Below are positions 11,790 through 24,700 of a DNA stretch of 64,000 nt, piece after piece; position 1 is the first letter of the stretch; each line of letters starts with the position of its first letter. Where the stretch lies: the NCBI GenBank assembly GCA_951406725.2, contig OX597816.1:125922001-125986000 (forward strand), read 5' to 3'. The notes under the pieces are model-generated. The model searched no databases. It saw only the letters and a list, made by a program, of their open reading frames with translations, and was not told the DNA's origin. The stretch comes from Octopus vulgaris (taxonomy: Eukaryota). The position numbers were made by a program, and so were the translations under genes.

Positions 11790-12715
11790 ACATTAATTTT
11801 GAGTCAACAACTTTATACAACATCACGCTTCCATACATTTGATCATATATAAATATTAACATGGCTTTTAACAAATAAAGAATACATATATAAAAACACA
11901 AAAGATAAAAAAATATATAAGGAAATAAAATTACAAACATATATAATGGCCTATTAAGAATGCATATACAATTGACTAAAACTTTAAAGCCTCTCATCAG
12001 ATTAAAAATCTAAATAAAATAAAATATCAATGACTAAAAAGTCTTTTTTTTACTCCCCTCACATAAGAATTTGTTAAAAAATTTTATTTCATAAAAACCA
12101 AGTTAGGTTGGAGTCCAGAGCATCCTATGATTAGCAGCCACCTACACGTTTAGCAATGAAAGAAAATAATCATTGTTTTTGTTAGAAAATTTGGACTGGT
12201 CCTGCAATAGAATTTCTTTAAGTTAGGTATGTAGCTGTTTTGTAACTCCCGTGAACAAATAGTTTGTTGATATTCCTGTTCATCTTGATGAGGAGGGTCA
12301 TTGGCGGGATGCACTTTAACTCACAATTAAACCATGGCAGTGAATTGCCGAAATGGCCATAAATGTGATTTGACATGATTTTGTGGAACTCTTTTATGCT
12401 CCTGGACTAACCTACCTTGGTTTTTATGAAACAAACTTTTTTTTACATATTTTTACTTGAGGGGAGTATGAAAAAATATTTTTTTTAGTTGATTGATATT
12501 TTATTTTATTAATATTTTAAGCCGATTATGTATACCTAATTGATAGGCCATTCTATATGTTTATATTTTTAGTTGCATATATATTTTGTACCTTCTGTGT
12601 ATTTCATATATATATATATTCTTTGTATGTTTAAGGCCATGGTAATATTTATGCATTATGAAATGTATGGACGTGTGGTGTTATATAAAGTTGTTGACGC
12701 AAATTTCGTGTTTGT
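11790..12715. repeat. Old fold-back element (diverged arms about 11790-12125 and 12395-12715) with a unique spacer
   Basis: gtcaacaactttata/tataaagttgttgac, tactcccctca/tgaggggagta and tttcataaaaaccaag/cttggtttttatgaaa are reverse-complement pairs. Confidence 0.85.
12281..12365 (+). ncRNA. Degenerate hammerhead motif in the fold-back spacer
   Basis: catc-TTGATGA-gg...ggcggg..cact/agtg..ttgcc-GAAA-tggcc-ATA-aatg; ATGGCCAT palindromic stem III; stem I is weak. Confidence 0.45.
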
Positions 12716-12847
12716 TCTCTTATCAATATTTTTCGTATCCATATATATAAATATAAATATATCCATATGTATATATATATATATATACATACATGCATAT
12801 ATATAAATATATCCATATACATATATCCATATATATATATATGTACA

Positions 12848-12868
<21 letters not shown>

Positions 12869-12878
<10 letters not shown>

Positions 12879-13560
12879 TTTCTAGTTTCAGCTCAGAGCT
12901 GCGGCCATGCTGATGCACTGCCGTTTTGTGCTACACTGTTATTACTACAAACCTCGTCTACTATGTGGCACTTGGTGAAGAATGGAGTTTGATACAGCTA
13001 CTCTCATTTGCACCTCTTGCCGTGAGGTAGGTTCATCTAGGACTCTTGACAGGAAGATGTCCAGCTATGATTTAAAAACCGCTACATCTACTTTGTGCAA
13101 GTTCCTCAGACTCTTTCGGAGAATATTAAAAAGCTGTGGGCCCTTGAAACCCAGGCTGTTGCAGAAGCTGGTCCTTAAGCGTGATGGCATTGCTGGGATC
13201 TTTGGCACTATGCAGTGTCATCCCGTTTTAGCATTGGTGTAGCTTACAATGCTAAAATTTGGCACAATTTCTTCCAGGATCTTCCAGACATATATCACTG
13301 CATACCTCTCCCGTCTTCTCTCCAGGGAGTAGAGTCTTAGCTGTTTCAACCTTTCCTAGTAGCTGAGCTGTTGCAAAGAGACGATCTTCTTTGTGAATCT
13401 TCTCTGGATTGCTTCAAGGTCCGCTGTTAATTTTACACTGGTGGGTGACCATAGCTGTGAGCAGTAATCCAGGCGACTGAGGACGAATGTCCGCCAGAGG
13501 ACCATCATGGTTTCCTTATCTCTGGTTCTGAATGTTCTTAGGATCCACCCAGCCAGTCGT
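12869..13560 (-). mobile_element. 5'-truncated 3' end of a related CR1-group LINE
   Basis: Clear similarity to 3469-4060 (ctagtttcagctc, ttccaggatcttccaga, catagctg); A-tail seen as a T run at 12869-12881. Confidence 0.9.
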
Positions 13561-13858
13561 CTTGTTCATCACCACTGTAGCATTTCCCTTGTCCGCTGCA
13601 AGTATTATGATGGAACTGTTACTCTGTAGTCTTTTGATAGTGAAATTTCTTCCTTAGTGATGTTTGGTTTGGGAAGTTTCTCTTTTTCTAGTACATGTCT
13701 CACTTTCCACCTTAGTTCATCTCCCTGAGCTTTTGGTATCTTTATGGCTATCTCTTCAATAGGGGCTATTATGTCCAAGTGTGGAATGCGCTTGACAGTT
13801 GTAGCAAAGTTGAGACCTTTGTTTAGTACTGCTTCTTTAGTGGCCAGCTGAGTTTGCC
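13561..13858 (-). pseudogene. Penelope-like ORF fragment, pre-RT region
   Basis: The minus strand reads KEAVLNKGLNFATTVKRIPHLDIIAPIEE...LRWKVRHVLEK.KLPKPNITKEE / IKRLQSNSSIIILAADKGNATVVMNK (KGLNF and DKG motifs, one frameshift). Confidence 0.88.
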
Positions 13859-14314
13859 ATTTCTAAAAGCCAAGAATCATTTACTATTGAAAGACTGACC
13901 AGTAGCAAAAATGTAAACACATTTTTCTTCTTTCTCTTCTCCTCCTTCCTTTTATTCCCCTTTCCCATTTGACACTTCTTTCAGATACACAGATACCCAC
14001 ATATTTATCTATTAAGATATAATATGGCTTTAAAAGACATAATAAACTCAGGAATATCTTAAACTCAGTTATAGTCAATATCTAATTACCAAATTATTTA
14101 ACAAAATAATCACTATTCATATCTATTTTCAATCTATTTTTTTACCTTAAAAATTAATATTTAACATAATAAATGGGTTGTATGACATAATCCTAATGTT
14201 TTAAGTTTCTAATTTGATAATTAGAATAAGAGTTTTTTATAAGATAAATCATTATTTTATTCATTTCTTAAAAGATATTGCTTAACTCTATTTGCTTATT
14301 TATTTAACTATTAT

Positions 14315-14413
14315 CATTAACCTGAAGATTGACTATAATTTTAATTCAAATTTTTAATTGAATTTAAACTTAATTGTAATTCAAATTGAATTATAGACAT
14401 GAAACGTACAGTG
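14315..14413 (+). ncRNA. Degenerate hammerhead motif with long AT-rich stem II
   Basis: CTGAAGA(14322)-t-tgactataatt...aattatagaca-t-GAAAC-GTA(14408); stem I is poor. Confidence 0.5.
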
Positions 14414-14450
14414 TTTTTACTTATTATATTATATTAAACTTTTTAATTAG

Positions 14451-14502
<52 letters not shown>

Positions 14503-14777
14503 TTTAAAATTTCAAATTTCAAAAATTTAAATTTTATATTTTATATATATTTTGTATATTATATTAATTATATTTATTTTTTGTTTTTTATGTTTTGGTT
14601 TATGTCTATCACTGTTTGAGTTGCCTAATAGTGTTTTTATCTCTAATTTATATTTATACTGTGAAATTTGATTTAATCCTAAATCTAATTTTTCCCTGTA
14701 AGTTTGGATATACTCCCTAATAATCTTATTATTATTATATATATATGTACACATATATATACATACATATATATGTA

Positions 14778-14819
<42 letters not shown>

Positions 14820-14822
14820 TAT

Positions 14823-14869
<47 letters not shown>

Positions 14870-14902
14870 TATATATACATACACACACACACATATATAT
14901 AC

Positions 14903-15167
14903 TCTTTTACTTGTTTCAGTCATTTGACTGCAGCCATGCTGGAGCACCGCCTCTAGTCAAGCAAATCGACCACAGGACTTATTCTTTGTAAGCCTAGTAC
15001 TTATTCTCTTTTGTCGAACCACTAAGTTACGGGGACGTAAACACACACGCATCGGTTGTCAAGCGATGTTGGGGGGACAAACACAGACATACATACACAT
15101 ATATATACATATATACAATGGACTTCTTTCAGTTTCCCTCTACCAAATGCACTCACAAGGCCTTGGT
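14903..15167 (-). mobile_element. SINE (cephalopod type), 3' part
   Basis: gtttcagtcatttgactgcagccatgctggagcaccgcc tail; related copy at 22900-23015. Confidence 0.8.
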
Positions 15168-15284
15168 TATATATATACATATGTAGACTTTTACTCTACT
15201 CTAAACGCTTTGCAGCATTCGTCTTTAAAACCAGTGGTGTTCTGATTGCATCCCGACTATGAAATCCAGCTTTGTGCAGCTCCT

Positions 15285-17335
15285 GGTGCATATATATTAC
15301 TGCATACCTCTCCTGCCTTAGCTCTAAGGAGTAGAGTCTTAGCTGTTTCAGCCTTTCCTGGTAGGTGAGCTATTACAAAGAGTGAAGCTTCGCTGGATTG
15401 CTTCAAGGTCCGCTGTTAATTTTACACTGTTGGGTGACCATAGATGGGAGCAGTAATCCATGTGGTTGGAGACGAATATCCTCCAGACGACCATCATGGC
15501 TTCCTTTTCTCTGGTCGTGAATGTTCTCAAGATCCATCAAGCCAGTCATTTGCACTTTATTGCCATCTTGGTAATGTGCACTTGGAAAGAGATGTCATCA
15601 CTCATGCCAATACCCAGGTCCCTCACTGATATAGGCACTGGGATTGTAATCCCCTGTGGACCAGTGTACCCTGTAAGTTTTATATTCAGTTTTGCATACT
15701 GGTAGCACAAGGCTTGGAATTTTTCAGCATTAAACTGCATATTATTATCCTCAGCCCATCTGTAAATTGAGTGCAACTCTTGCTGCAGGTGTGGAACATC
15801 GCTGGGGTTCTGTATTTTCTGCGAGACTATCATATTGTCTGCATAGCTAGCAACAGTGGCTATCCGGGCAGTTGAGGGAATATCTGAGCGGGCCACTATG
15901 AAAAGCAGTGGTCCCAAGACAGTGCCCTGTGGAACACCGCTCACTATTTGTGTTTCCATTGAGGTCACTCCATTGGCTACTATTGCCTAACTTCTATCTT
16001 TTAGAAAGTCATATAGCCACTCTCCACGTTTTCCAGCTATGCTGAGATCATGCAGTTTGTAGCATATCATACTATGATCCAGTTTATCAAAAGCTTTTGC
16101 AAAATCAATGTATATTACGTCCACATTAGAGTTGTTGAGTAACTACCTCAACATCCAGTCATAGTGCTGGGTGAAGCAGCTCCTAACTGTTTGAAAGCCA
16201 TACTGGGTATCACTCAGCAAGTCGTTTTCTTCAAGGAATGCGATTAGTTTCCCTCTGACTATCCATTCCATTATTTTGCTGATGTGTGAAGTCAGAGAGA
16301 TAGGTCTATAGTTTTTGGCATCTGCTATGCTTTCCACTTTATGGATTGGGCATATTATTCTCTCATTTAGTTTCCTTGGCAGCCTGCCATTTGCAAGAAA
16401 GCTCTGGAAGAGAATCTGTAGTGGTGTTGCCAGGGCATGCTTACACAACTTGATGAGGGTGGGTGGGAAACCATGAGGACCAGCACTTAAGTTTGTGTCC
16501 ACCTCATCTATGGCTAGTAGTATATCTTCTTCATTAATGTCAATGTATGCCATCGTAATTGCCTCGCTGGTTATAGGTGAGGTGGCAAAGAAATCCACTC
16601 GTTAGTTCACTTGTCTATATTCCAACGAGGATGTAAAGGCACTTTTGAACTAGTCATTGAGCACCTCATTGATCCTTGTTGGAGGGAGCCATCCTTTTGG
16701 AAGAGGGGTCCTATCTTGCAGGGTATTAAAGCTGTTTCTTTCATATAATGAAATAAAGCCCTTGGGTTTGACTTAATGTATTTTTATAACCCAGGCTTCT
16801 TTGTCTGCTGTCTCCCTCACATAGGATTGTTGCAGGATTTTTTCAATCTGCATCAGTGTTTTCTTTAGGCGGGACCTTTCGCTACTTTTAAAATGTTGGT
16901 TGAGGCAATTTGCAATCTTTGTCCGTTGTCTCAGGAGGATCTTCCTCTCCCTCATAATCTTGTTCATTTTTCTGTTGGCCTTGAGCTCTGGGACATATTT
17001 CTGGCATATGGTTTCCATAACAAACATGAAATATTCTAGTTTCATGCCAAAGTTTGGTGTGGAGAGACATTTCACCCTAGTTGGTCTCAGTACAAATTGC
17101 TCCATGAACAGGGTATTGGTGAGGTTGAGCAGAGACTCCACCTGTGGTTGTTTGCAATGAGTCATTCCTGAGAGCATGAGGCCTTAGGGCAATTTGTCAT
17201 TGGAGAAACTAAATCACCCGTAAGAAATATGGTCACGTGGTGTTCCAGTTTCATGAGGATGTCTTTAATTCTTGTGAGGCAATCTTCAAACTTGCCTATG
17301 ATGGTTCTAAGTATTAGGTACAGGAAATGGTCAGC
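15285..17335 (-). mobile_element. Older degenerate CR1-group LINE (endonuclease end to RT)
   Basis: Broken ORFs with GKFEDCL, NYRPISLTSHISK, SGVPQGTVLGPLLF, YADN, WAEDNNMQFN and VRDLG. Confidence 0.92.
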
Positions 17336-17383
17336 ATAAGGAGTAGACAACCACCATTTACATAAATATATACACTATATATG

Positions 17384-17427
<44 letters not shown>

Positions 17428-17739
17428 CATGTGTGTATATATATGTATGTGTAGACATATATATCTGTGTCTGTGTATATATATATATATATATATAACA
17501 CACATAGATCATATATGCATTGACATACACTTATGTATGTATTTATACATACACACAGAGTTGCATATATGTAATATATAAACACAAGCTGTATGTATGT
17601 GTAGGTGATGAATGCTATATATAATCATACACTATATTTACATAAATATACAAAAATCTATAGAGACAGACAAGAAGACACATACACAGAAACACTGATA
17701 TATAAATCATATAGTATTTTTATATAAACATACATACTG

Positions 17740-17790
<51 letters not shown>

Positions 17791-19249
17791 TCTATGTGTC
17801 AGTGTTTTGTGTGTTTCAGTATGTATGTATGAATATTTATATGTATATTATATATATATATGCATACATAGACATGTAACTTATGAACTATGGGAACTCA
17901 TAAACATACATATGAATGTGTAAAATTTGCATCCATGTACATCAAAGGAAAATATTTGGATCCAATGTCATATAACTGAGATAAAAATAAGATTTCTTTG
18001 ATACAGTTAATGTTCTGAACATATAGGTAAAGTTTGAAATACATGAAGAAATCATATTTTTGACTCAGTATGCATAGAAAAATTTTGTTTACTTTTTCTT
18101 AGCTACCATCTGCATACACAAACACATATATGTACAATAATACATCATTTCTTTCTAAATTGATTTAATAAACATAAAAATGCTTAATTGTAAATATAAT
18201 CAAATGCTATCACATCAGACCTATAAAAGGTAAATAAATTCATGTTAGATAAATTTAAGCAAAACATATTCATTAAAATGACACAACATCCAAATTACTG
18301 TTTTTTTTTTCTTTTCTTTTTTTTTTTTGTAGAATTTCTTTTGTGTGTGGTTATTTTGTAATCTTTTAAACCAGATCAAATCAAAGAGTCAAGCCTAAGA
18401 AGCTCGTATTGCAAATGTCTGAGATTTTAATTCTAGTAAATGCACATCAGAATTACAAATCAAATAAATTGCACAAAGTTTAATTATTGTTAATTTATGT
18501 ACCTTGAGACTAAATATCTTACATTATGGGGAATTTTATAATACTTTGCTTTGAGATTTAATATCTGCTTTACAAGTGCTATTTTTACAATTTTTTTTAA
18601 TAAAACAGAATCATACAGTAAGAAAGAATAATGACAAATAAAGCGTTTTTTTCTCTATAAGAAAAAATATCTAAATGTCAATATTTCAGAAGCAATTTTA
18701 ATACCAATATATGTCTAAGTAAACTTATTCTGCACTGATAATGTCATAAAAGTGTAATTATTACAAGTGTACAAATTTAAAATCTAAAAGTAAAACTGAA
18801 AACTACTTTCATTTTGGTTGGTTTGAGCAGAACGAATCTTCACAAAGTAAAAATTAATTCAACTATATGCATACTGAGAAAAAGAAAAAAATAGAGAAGG
18901 AAACGGCTATGTTATAAAGAACCAATTTTAAAACTAACAAGGGATTCTACCAAATAAAGCAAACTGAATTCATCCGGATACACCTTATCGTGTTATTTTA
19001 GATTTATTTGCTAAATATAATACTAACATATATTTAAGTGATATTTAATACACCACCAGAATAGTCATATATTCTGAACACTACATTTTTAATAATAGGA
19101 AATTTGAAAACTATCCCTATACCACTTAAAATAAAATATTATTTAATTACGTTACTGCTTAATTGCCCAATTACATAACATAATACTTCAAGAATATAAT
19201 GTCTTACTTTCCTCACATTTAATTTCATTGTCAAAACTTGAAATATCAC

Positions 19250-19645
19250 CACCATTATCATCAATGTTTAACATCCACTTTCTCATCTTGTATAGACCAG
19301 ATAAGACTTTGTTGAGTTAGTTTCTCTTCAGCTGGATGCCTTTCCTGTTGCAAACCCTCACCCTCTTTCCAAGCAAAATGCTATTTCACCATAGCTAGAT
19401 ATGCTTTATATGGAAGACTGCAAACAAACACCACTTGTATGATGATGATACTTGTTTACAACCATAATGTAATGCCAAGACAAGGGTAGGTGCACACACA
19501 TATTTGACAGGATTCTACTGAGCCCACTTACAAGGTTTTGGTTGGCCTGAAACTGTAGAAGGCACATGTCCAAGCTGTCACACAATGAGATTTGGACCTG
19601 AGGCTATATGGTTGAGAGAGAAGCTTCTCAACAACAGACACACAT
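19250..19645 (-). mobile_element. Degenerate tRNA-type SINE
   Basis: (cat)n tail, ggatgcctttcctgttgc body and ...atggttgagagagaagcttctcaac head, shared with other copies (28870-29010, 33380-33510, 55000-55385). Confidence 0.6.
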
Positions 19646-20473
19646 TTCCTATATGTATTTATCTAGTATGTAATATTACTTAAGACTTTGTATTGAAATT
19701 GGAGCCATTACATAACTGAAATGCTGTTTTAGCCATCGGTACCAAAATAAAATATGTTGTACTCATTTATCATCATTCGTGATGTGAAAACATTTTTTGT
19801 ATCACTGCAAAATGGTCAGAGACAGTTCTAAAATCACAAAATAAACAGGGAGTGAGTATAATAGTTTTTGATGGCTAAAAATATATTCCACATATTTTTC
19901 ATGCTTTCCTTTGTAGGAAAGTTTTAATCTCTAGCTTTTAAAATATAACTACCTGAGTTAGTTTTCCTTTTTTCACTTCTTAAAATTTAATATAGTCTAT
20001 TATAACAATTAAAATGGATGATAGTTATATGTGACACTGTGACTGTACCTAACCACAGAAAATTGTAAAGGTAATCTGTGGATGAAAAGACTGTAAATCC
20101 TAAACTTCTTGCACATAGCATTAAGTTTTCAGAAGTAACATTAGAACTGCACTATATCTTAAAAGCCACTTATAACAATATAAGATTTAAATACAAAAAT
20201 ACACTTAACTGCATATTTACATAATGTTTACAATCTATTATTTTATTTAAGGATTAATTCTGCATTTGTTTTAAGATATATTCTGTCATGAATAATAATC
20301 AATGAGTGATTATGCAAATAAATAGTCAATCTAAAGAATCAATACAGTACAAAGAATCACAATCAATATTATTTTGTTTTACTTTTAGTAAGATGGGAGA
20401 TAGAACTAAACACTTGCTGGAGGACAGATCTAATAAAGAGATGCCACTATATCAAAACTATATATAAATATAA

Positions 20474-20512
<39 letters not shown>

Positions 20513-21119
20513 ATTGCTTGTATGCACTATAAGAAATAGAGAAAAGTGCATAAAGTAAAATTTTATTTTGTCAAGCTTGAACATTTCTCAGACAACCTTA
20601 GTACTAATTAACTTAATAAGCAACAATAAGAACTTTTGGTCAGAGGTTATTCTTGTATTAAGCATTTATCTAATTTAAAGTAGAATTAGCAGCTTTGAAT
20701 TTCCTACATAAATTAATTCGGGTCTCCAAAACAGCATCACTTCCAATTCAGGTATCACCAACATTCTTCCTAACTTAAAAAAGAAAACATATTTTAATTA
20801 TAATAATAAAATGCTTAATTTTTTTAAAGGACAACTTGATTTTTAATGAAATATTAGGGAAGTTATCCAAATACTTTCAGTATATACTAATACAAACTAA
20901 TTCAACAGAAAAAGTGCAGATATTTTATTTATTTTATTATTATCACAGATAAATATGATTTTGTTGTTAGATACATTGCTATATTAGTAAAGTTTTAATT
21001 ATTATTAAATGCAATTTAAAACAGAAGCAGAATTTCCCAGCCATCAAAACATTTGCAAAATATGAAGCCAAATACTTGATTTTCTTCAACAACAATTAAA
21101 ATTTTTCATTTAAACTTAC

Positions 21120-21328
21120 CTAATTGATTTCTCAACACGAACAGTAATCTTCTCAGTGAGTTCCTCCTCAATGCCAAACATTTTGGCTAAAGGCCCAATT
21201 TTGGCACAAAGAAGGGAGCTACGGTCGGGCTGACGTAAATCAGGAAAGTGTCCCATTGGCTTATATCCTCTGCATGACAGTAACTGATCATTGGTATTCA
21301 CACCTCGGTCCATTTCATATGTCACATC
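21120..21328 (-). CDS. Host gene coding exon (phase 0 to 2): DVTYEMDRGVNTNDQLLSCRGYKPMGHFPDLRQPDRSSLLCAKIGPLAKMFGIEEELTEKITVRVEKSI
   Basis: acag| acceptor, |gtaagt donor, 209 nt open, GC-richer than its flanks, in phase with exon 33946-34121. Confidence 0.85.
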
Positions 21329-21490
21329 CTGTCAATGATTAATAATTGAATGAAGGTTGAGTTTTAATGATTACATATGGCCTTTCATGAAATTTGCTAG
21401 ATATGTAGTTTAAATAATTTTTACTTATTTTTATGAGAGAAGAAAAAAACACTTCATAAGAGATGAATACACTCAAAATGTTAATAAATT

Positions 21491-21705
21491 AAGGTAGTGA
21501 GCTGGCAGATTTGTTAGCACACCAAGCAAAATTCTTCATGGTATTTCATCCATTTTTACATTCCAAGTTTAAATTCTGCAGAAGTTGACACTGCCTTTTG
21601 TCATTTTGTATTTGATAAGATAAGTACTGACTGAGCAATGGGATCCATGTAATCGAATTCCCCAAACCTCAAAATTGCTGGCCTTGTGCCAAAATTTGAA
21701 ACCAT
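21491..21705 (+). mobile_element. SINE
   Basis: aaggtagtgagctggcag...gataagtact...gctggccttgtgccaaaatttgaaacc; related copies at 39285-39605 and 63932-63995. Confidence 0.75.
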
Positions 21706-24700
21706 TAAATTAAGGAATTTATTTGCATTTATTTTCCATACTTCAACGTGAAGTAAAAGCAGTTTCAACAAAAATATAAGTTGGCAATTACAAAATTTAC
21801 ATTCGTGTAAACTGTAACTTGAAGATTATTTGAAAGCATATTGATAATTTTCATAAAATGTAAAACCTTTCCTGTAAATGAAGCTACCATACAGTCTACT
21901 GCATACCGTGTTTATTATTGAGGTGTCATTGCAGTGAAAATATATCTAAATACGTTTCTAAATATCCTTTTGATTAAAATTTTGATACAAAATTATTACA
22001 AAATAATAAGTCAAATATAAGAAACTTTTGAATATTTGCAAATGATAAACCACTAAAGAGAATTTTTTCTTCTACTGTAAAGCTACGTTTCATGTCAGAT
22101 ATATTTGAATGGTATTGATCCTTATGTTACAAACTCACCCACAGCCACCACCACCCCAAAAAAATTTTGGTTAATAAACGTCCATAACCATCTGAAAAAA
22201 AAAAAAAAAATGTATTCATATTTTAATGAAATTTCAGCATAAATTTCCTTAGTACATTCATGGAAACATGTGATTTCATTGTGTAAACAATTGAGTTCGA
22301 CTTCCCAACATCATATTAAATGATATCTGAGCACTAAATGTTTGGAGATTTTTTTTTTTTTTTACATGTTTGTCCACTTCTATTTCCTGAAATGTTTCAC
22401 TGTGGACAAAAAGTGGGTACCAGTTTCATATTGCCAAGCAACAAGTTTGAATTGCAAGTATTTTCAAAAGACAACATGGAAAAATCTAAGAAAATATATA
22501 GCAAACACAAAAATCATGTGTGTGATTATAAATTCAATATTTCTATTTCTGAAAGTGAAACAATTCTGACAAGAGTTCCAATAAGCAATAAAAAAAACTG
22601 AATTTGCACCTGTTATAGAGTAAGAATTTAAAATCTGTTTCTCTTAGTTACTTTTAATGACTGGTATATATATATATATATATATATATATCCAAGGAAA
22701 CAACACAATTAGATTTTTTTTTTTTTAGATTTTTTTTTTTTTCACTTTTTCCTTCAGTCTTTGAAGTGATTACTGAGCAAACAAACCATTAAACATAAGC
22801 AAAGAAGAAAAACAGATAGTTTGATATTTCCCGAATGCATGAAAGTAAGAAATTTGAGAATGTTTAAGGATATTATGTGCATGTATGTGAGTATATATAT
22901 CTTTTACTCATTTCAGTCATTAGACTGCAGCTATGCTGAGACACTGCCTTGAAAAATTTTTAGTTGAATGAATCCATCACAGTACTTGCATATTTTTAAA
23001 ACCTGTTACTTATCCAGTCCATGTACATGGCACACCTGTTTAATGTGCATTAAGTTTGACTGAGAGATAATTCAGTAACTTGTACAATTCTTCTATATTA
23101 AAATCTTATTTGATATTCATTGAATAACTCATTCCCCGTGCTGATGTTTAAACAAAATCTAAATGATTTTATATTTTGTTGCATTTACTATTATTAATTA
23201 AATATACTTTGAGACAAAAATTATGAGATAAATTTGGATAAGAACCTTTTGGTAAATTGTGTTTTGAAATTCACATTAATATGTTAATAAAAATGTTAGA
23301 ATTGTTTTTATGAAACCAGTAAAAATTCATGATTATTCTAGAATTTAATCGAAACACATATGGGGTGCATTTTCGTTAGGAGAATAGTAATGACATGGTT
23401 ATCATGCACTTTATTGCTTATGACCCTTAATTGTGAAATTGCATGAGAATTATTTTACAACAAAACAATCATCATGATAACACAGATGACAAGGATGAAT
23501 CCATGAATAGAGATAATATATTCAAGTATAATGCTTAAACACACAGCTCAATATTCCAGTTTTGCAAAGAGTCTGGTAGTTTAAAAATAATTACCTCTTA
23601 CACTTACATGTTTATCAAATTATTTAACACAGATAAGATAAGTAAATGATTTTTCTAATAATGAGATCTATAAGGCAGTTAGTAAAAACAGTTCAATACA
23701 CATCTTTTTCCAAACATTCTAAAAACAATACTTCAAGTAATTTCATAGAAAATAAAATTCTCAAATCTAAAGAAATATTTAGCTTTATAGTTAATTTAAA
23801 ATATTTAAGAAATCTGTGTTTTTTTGCAGTTTCAAGAACTCATATAACTTAATTATTATTTTCAAATTCTCCAACTGAAGGAAACAAATTATCTTTTCAA
23901 GATAACAGAAAATGCTAAAACTAATATAACATGAATATTTACAGCTGAAATAATAGAAAGAATATACGCAAGCTCCTCAGATACCAAAACATTATTACTG
24001 GAATAAGTTCTAGGTTCAAATCATTGTGTAATAGCAAAGTTCAGGGTGGTGTATTGATGAAATTGTAAACACATCAAATGGGATGCCTAGTAGCATCTAT
24101 TATGTTTTTTGCATTCTATTGAGAACCATTATAATGACACTGATACCAAGCAGTATCAGCATTTGCTTTTCCAGGTGAAACATTAGTGGTGTTGATATGT
24201 GAGATACTTGCATGTATAAGCAACTACTGTCTTTCATTGAAAAACAGGTTTTTCCAAGCTTGATCGAAAAGGTACAGATCCATAGTCTAATGGTATGTAC
24301 AGAGATGCCAGATAATGTTACACAGAAATTCTGATTAACTATAATCATTTCAGATTAAGTATGTTTAAATTTACATGGCTGTTGACCCATCTTTATCTTT
24401 CATGTTATGTGATAGCCATTCCCAGTGACTTCAATGTCATTTGTCAATTGATCTAAGTGTGTCTTTGAAAGGCAACAAATGTGATTATGTCAAGGTATCT
24501 AGAGAAGGATAACCCAAACTAGCTTTTCCTCACTTCTCCAGCAGCATCAAGCAAAGCAGCAAATTCTTCTGTCTTTAATGGTGTTTGATAGTTCTGGATG
24601 CTTACTGTACATTTTATTTTATTTATTCATTTTTTTTTTTGATAGACTGGTCTTTCCAGGATACATTCAAAGCATCATAAGGCATGGGTGTTGTCCATCA

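Noticed and set aside
20680-20773. Candidate next or last exon of the host gene (would give KSIS* or KSIRKNVGDT*)
   Set aside because: Two competing AG acceptors and an almost immediate stop; a rival candidate exists near 20383-20428. Cannot be decided without transcripts.
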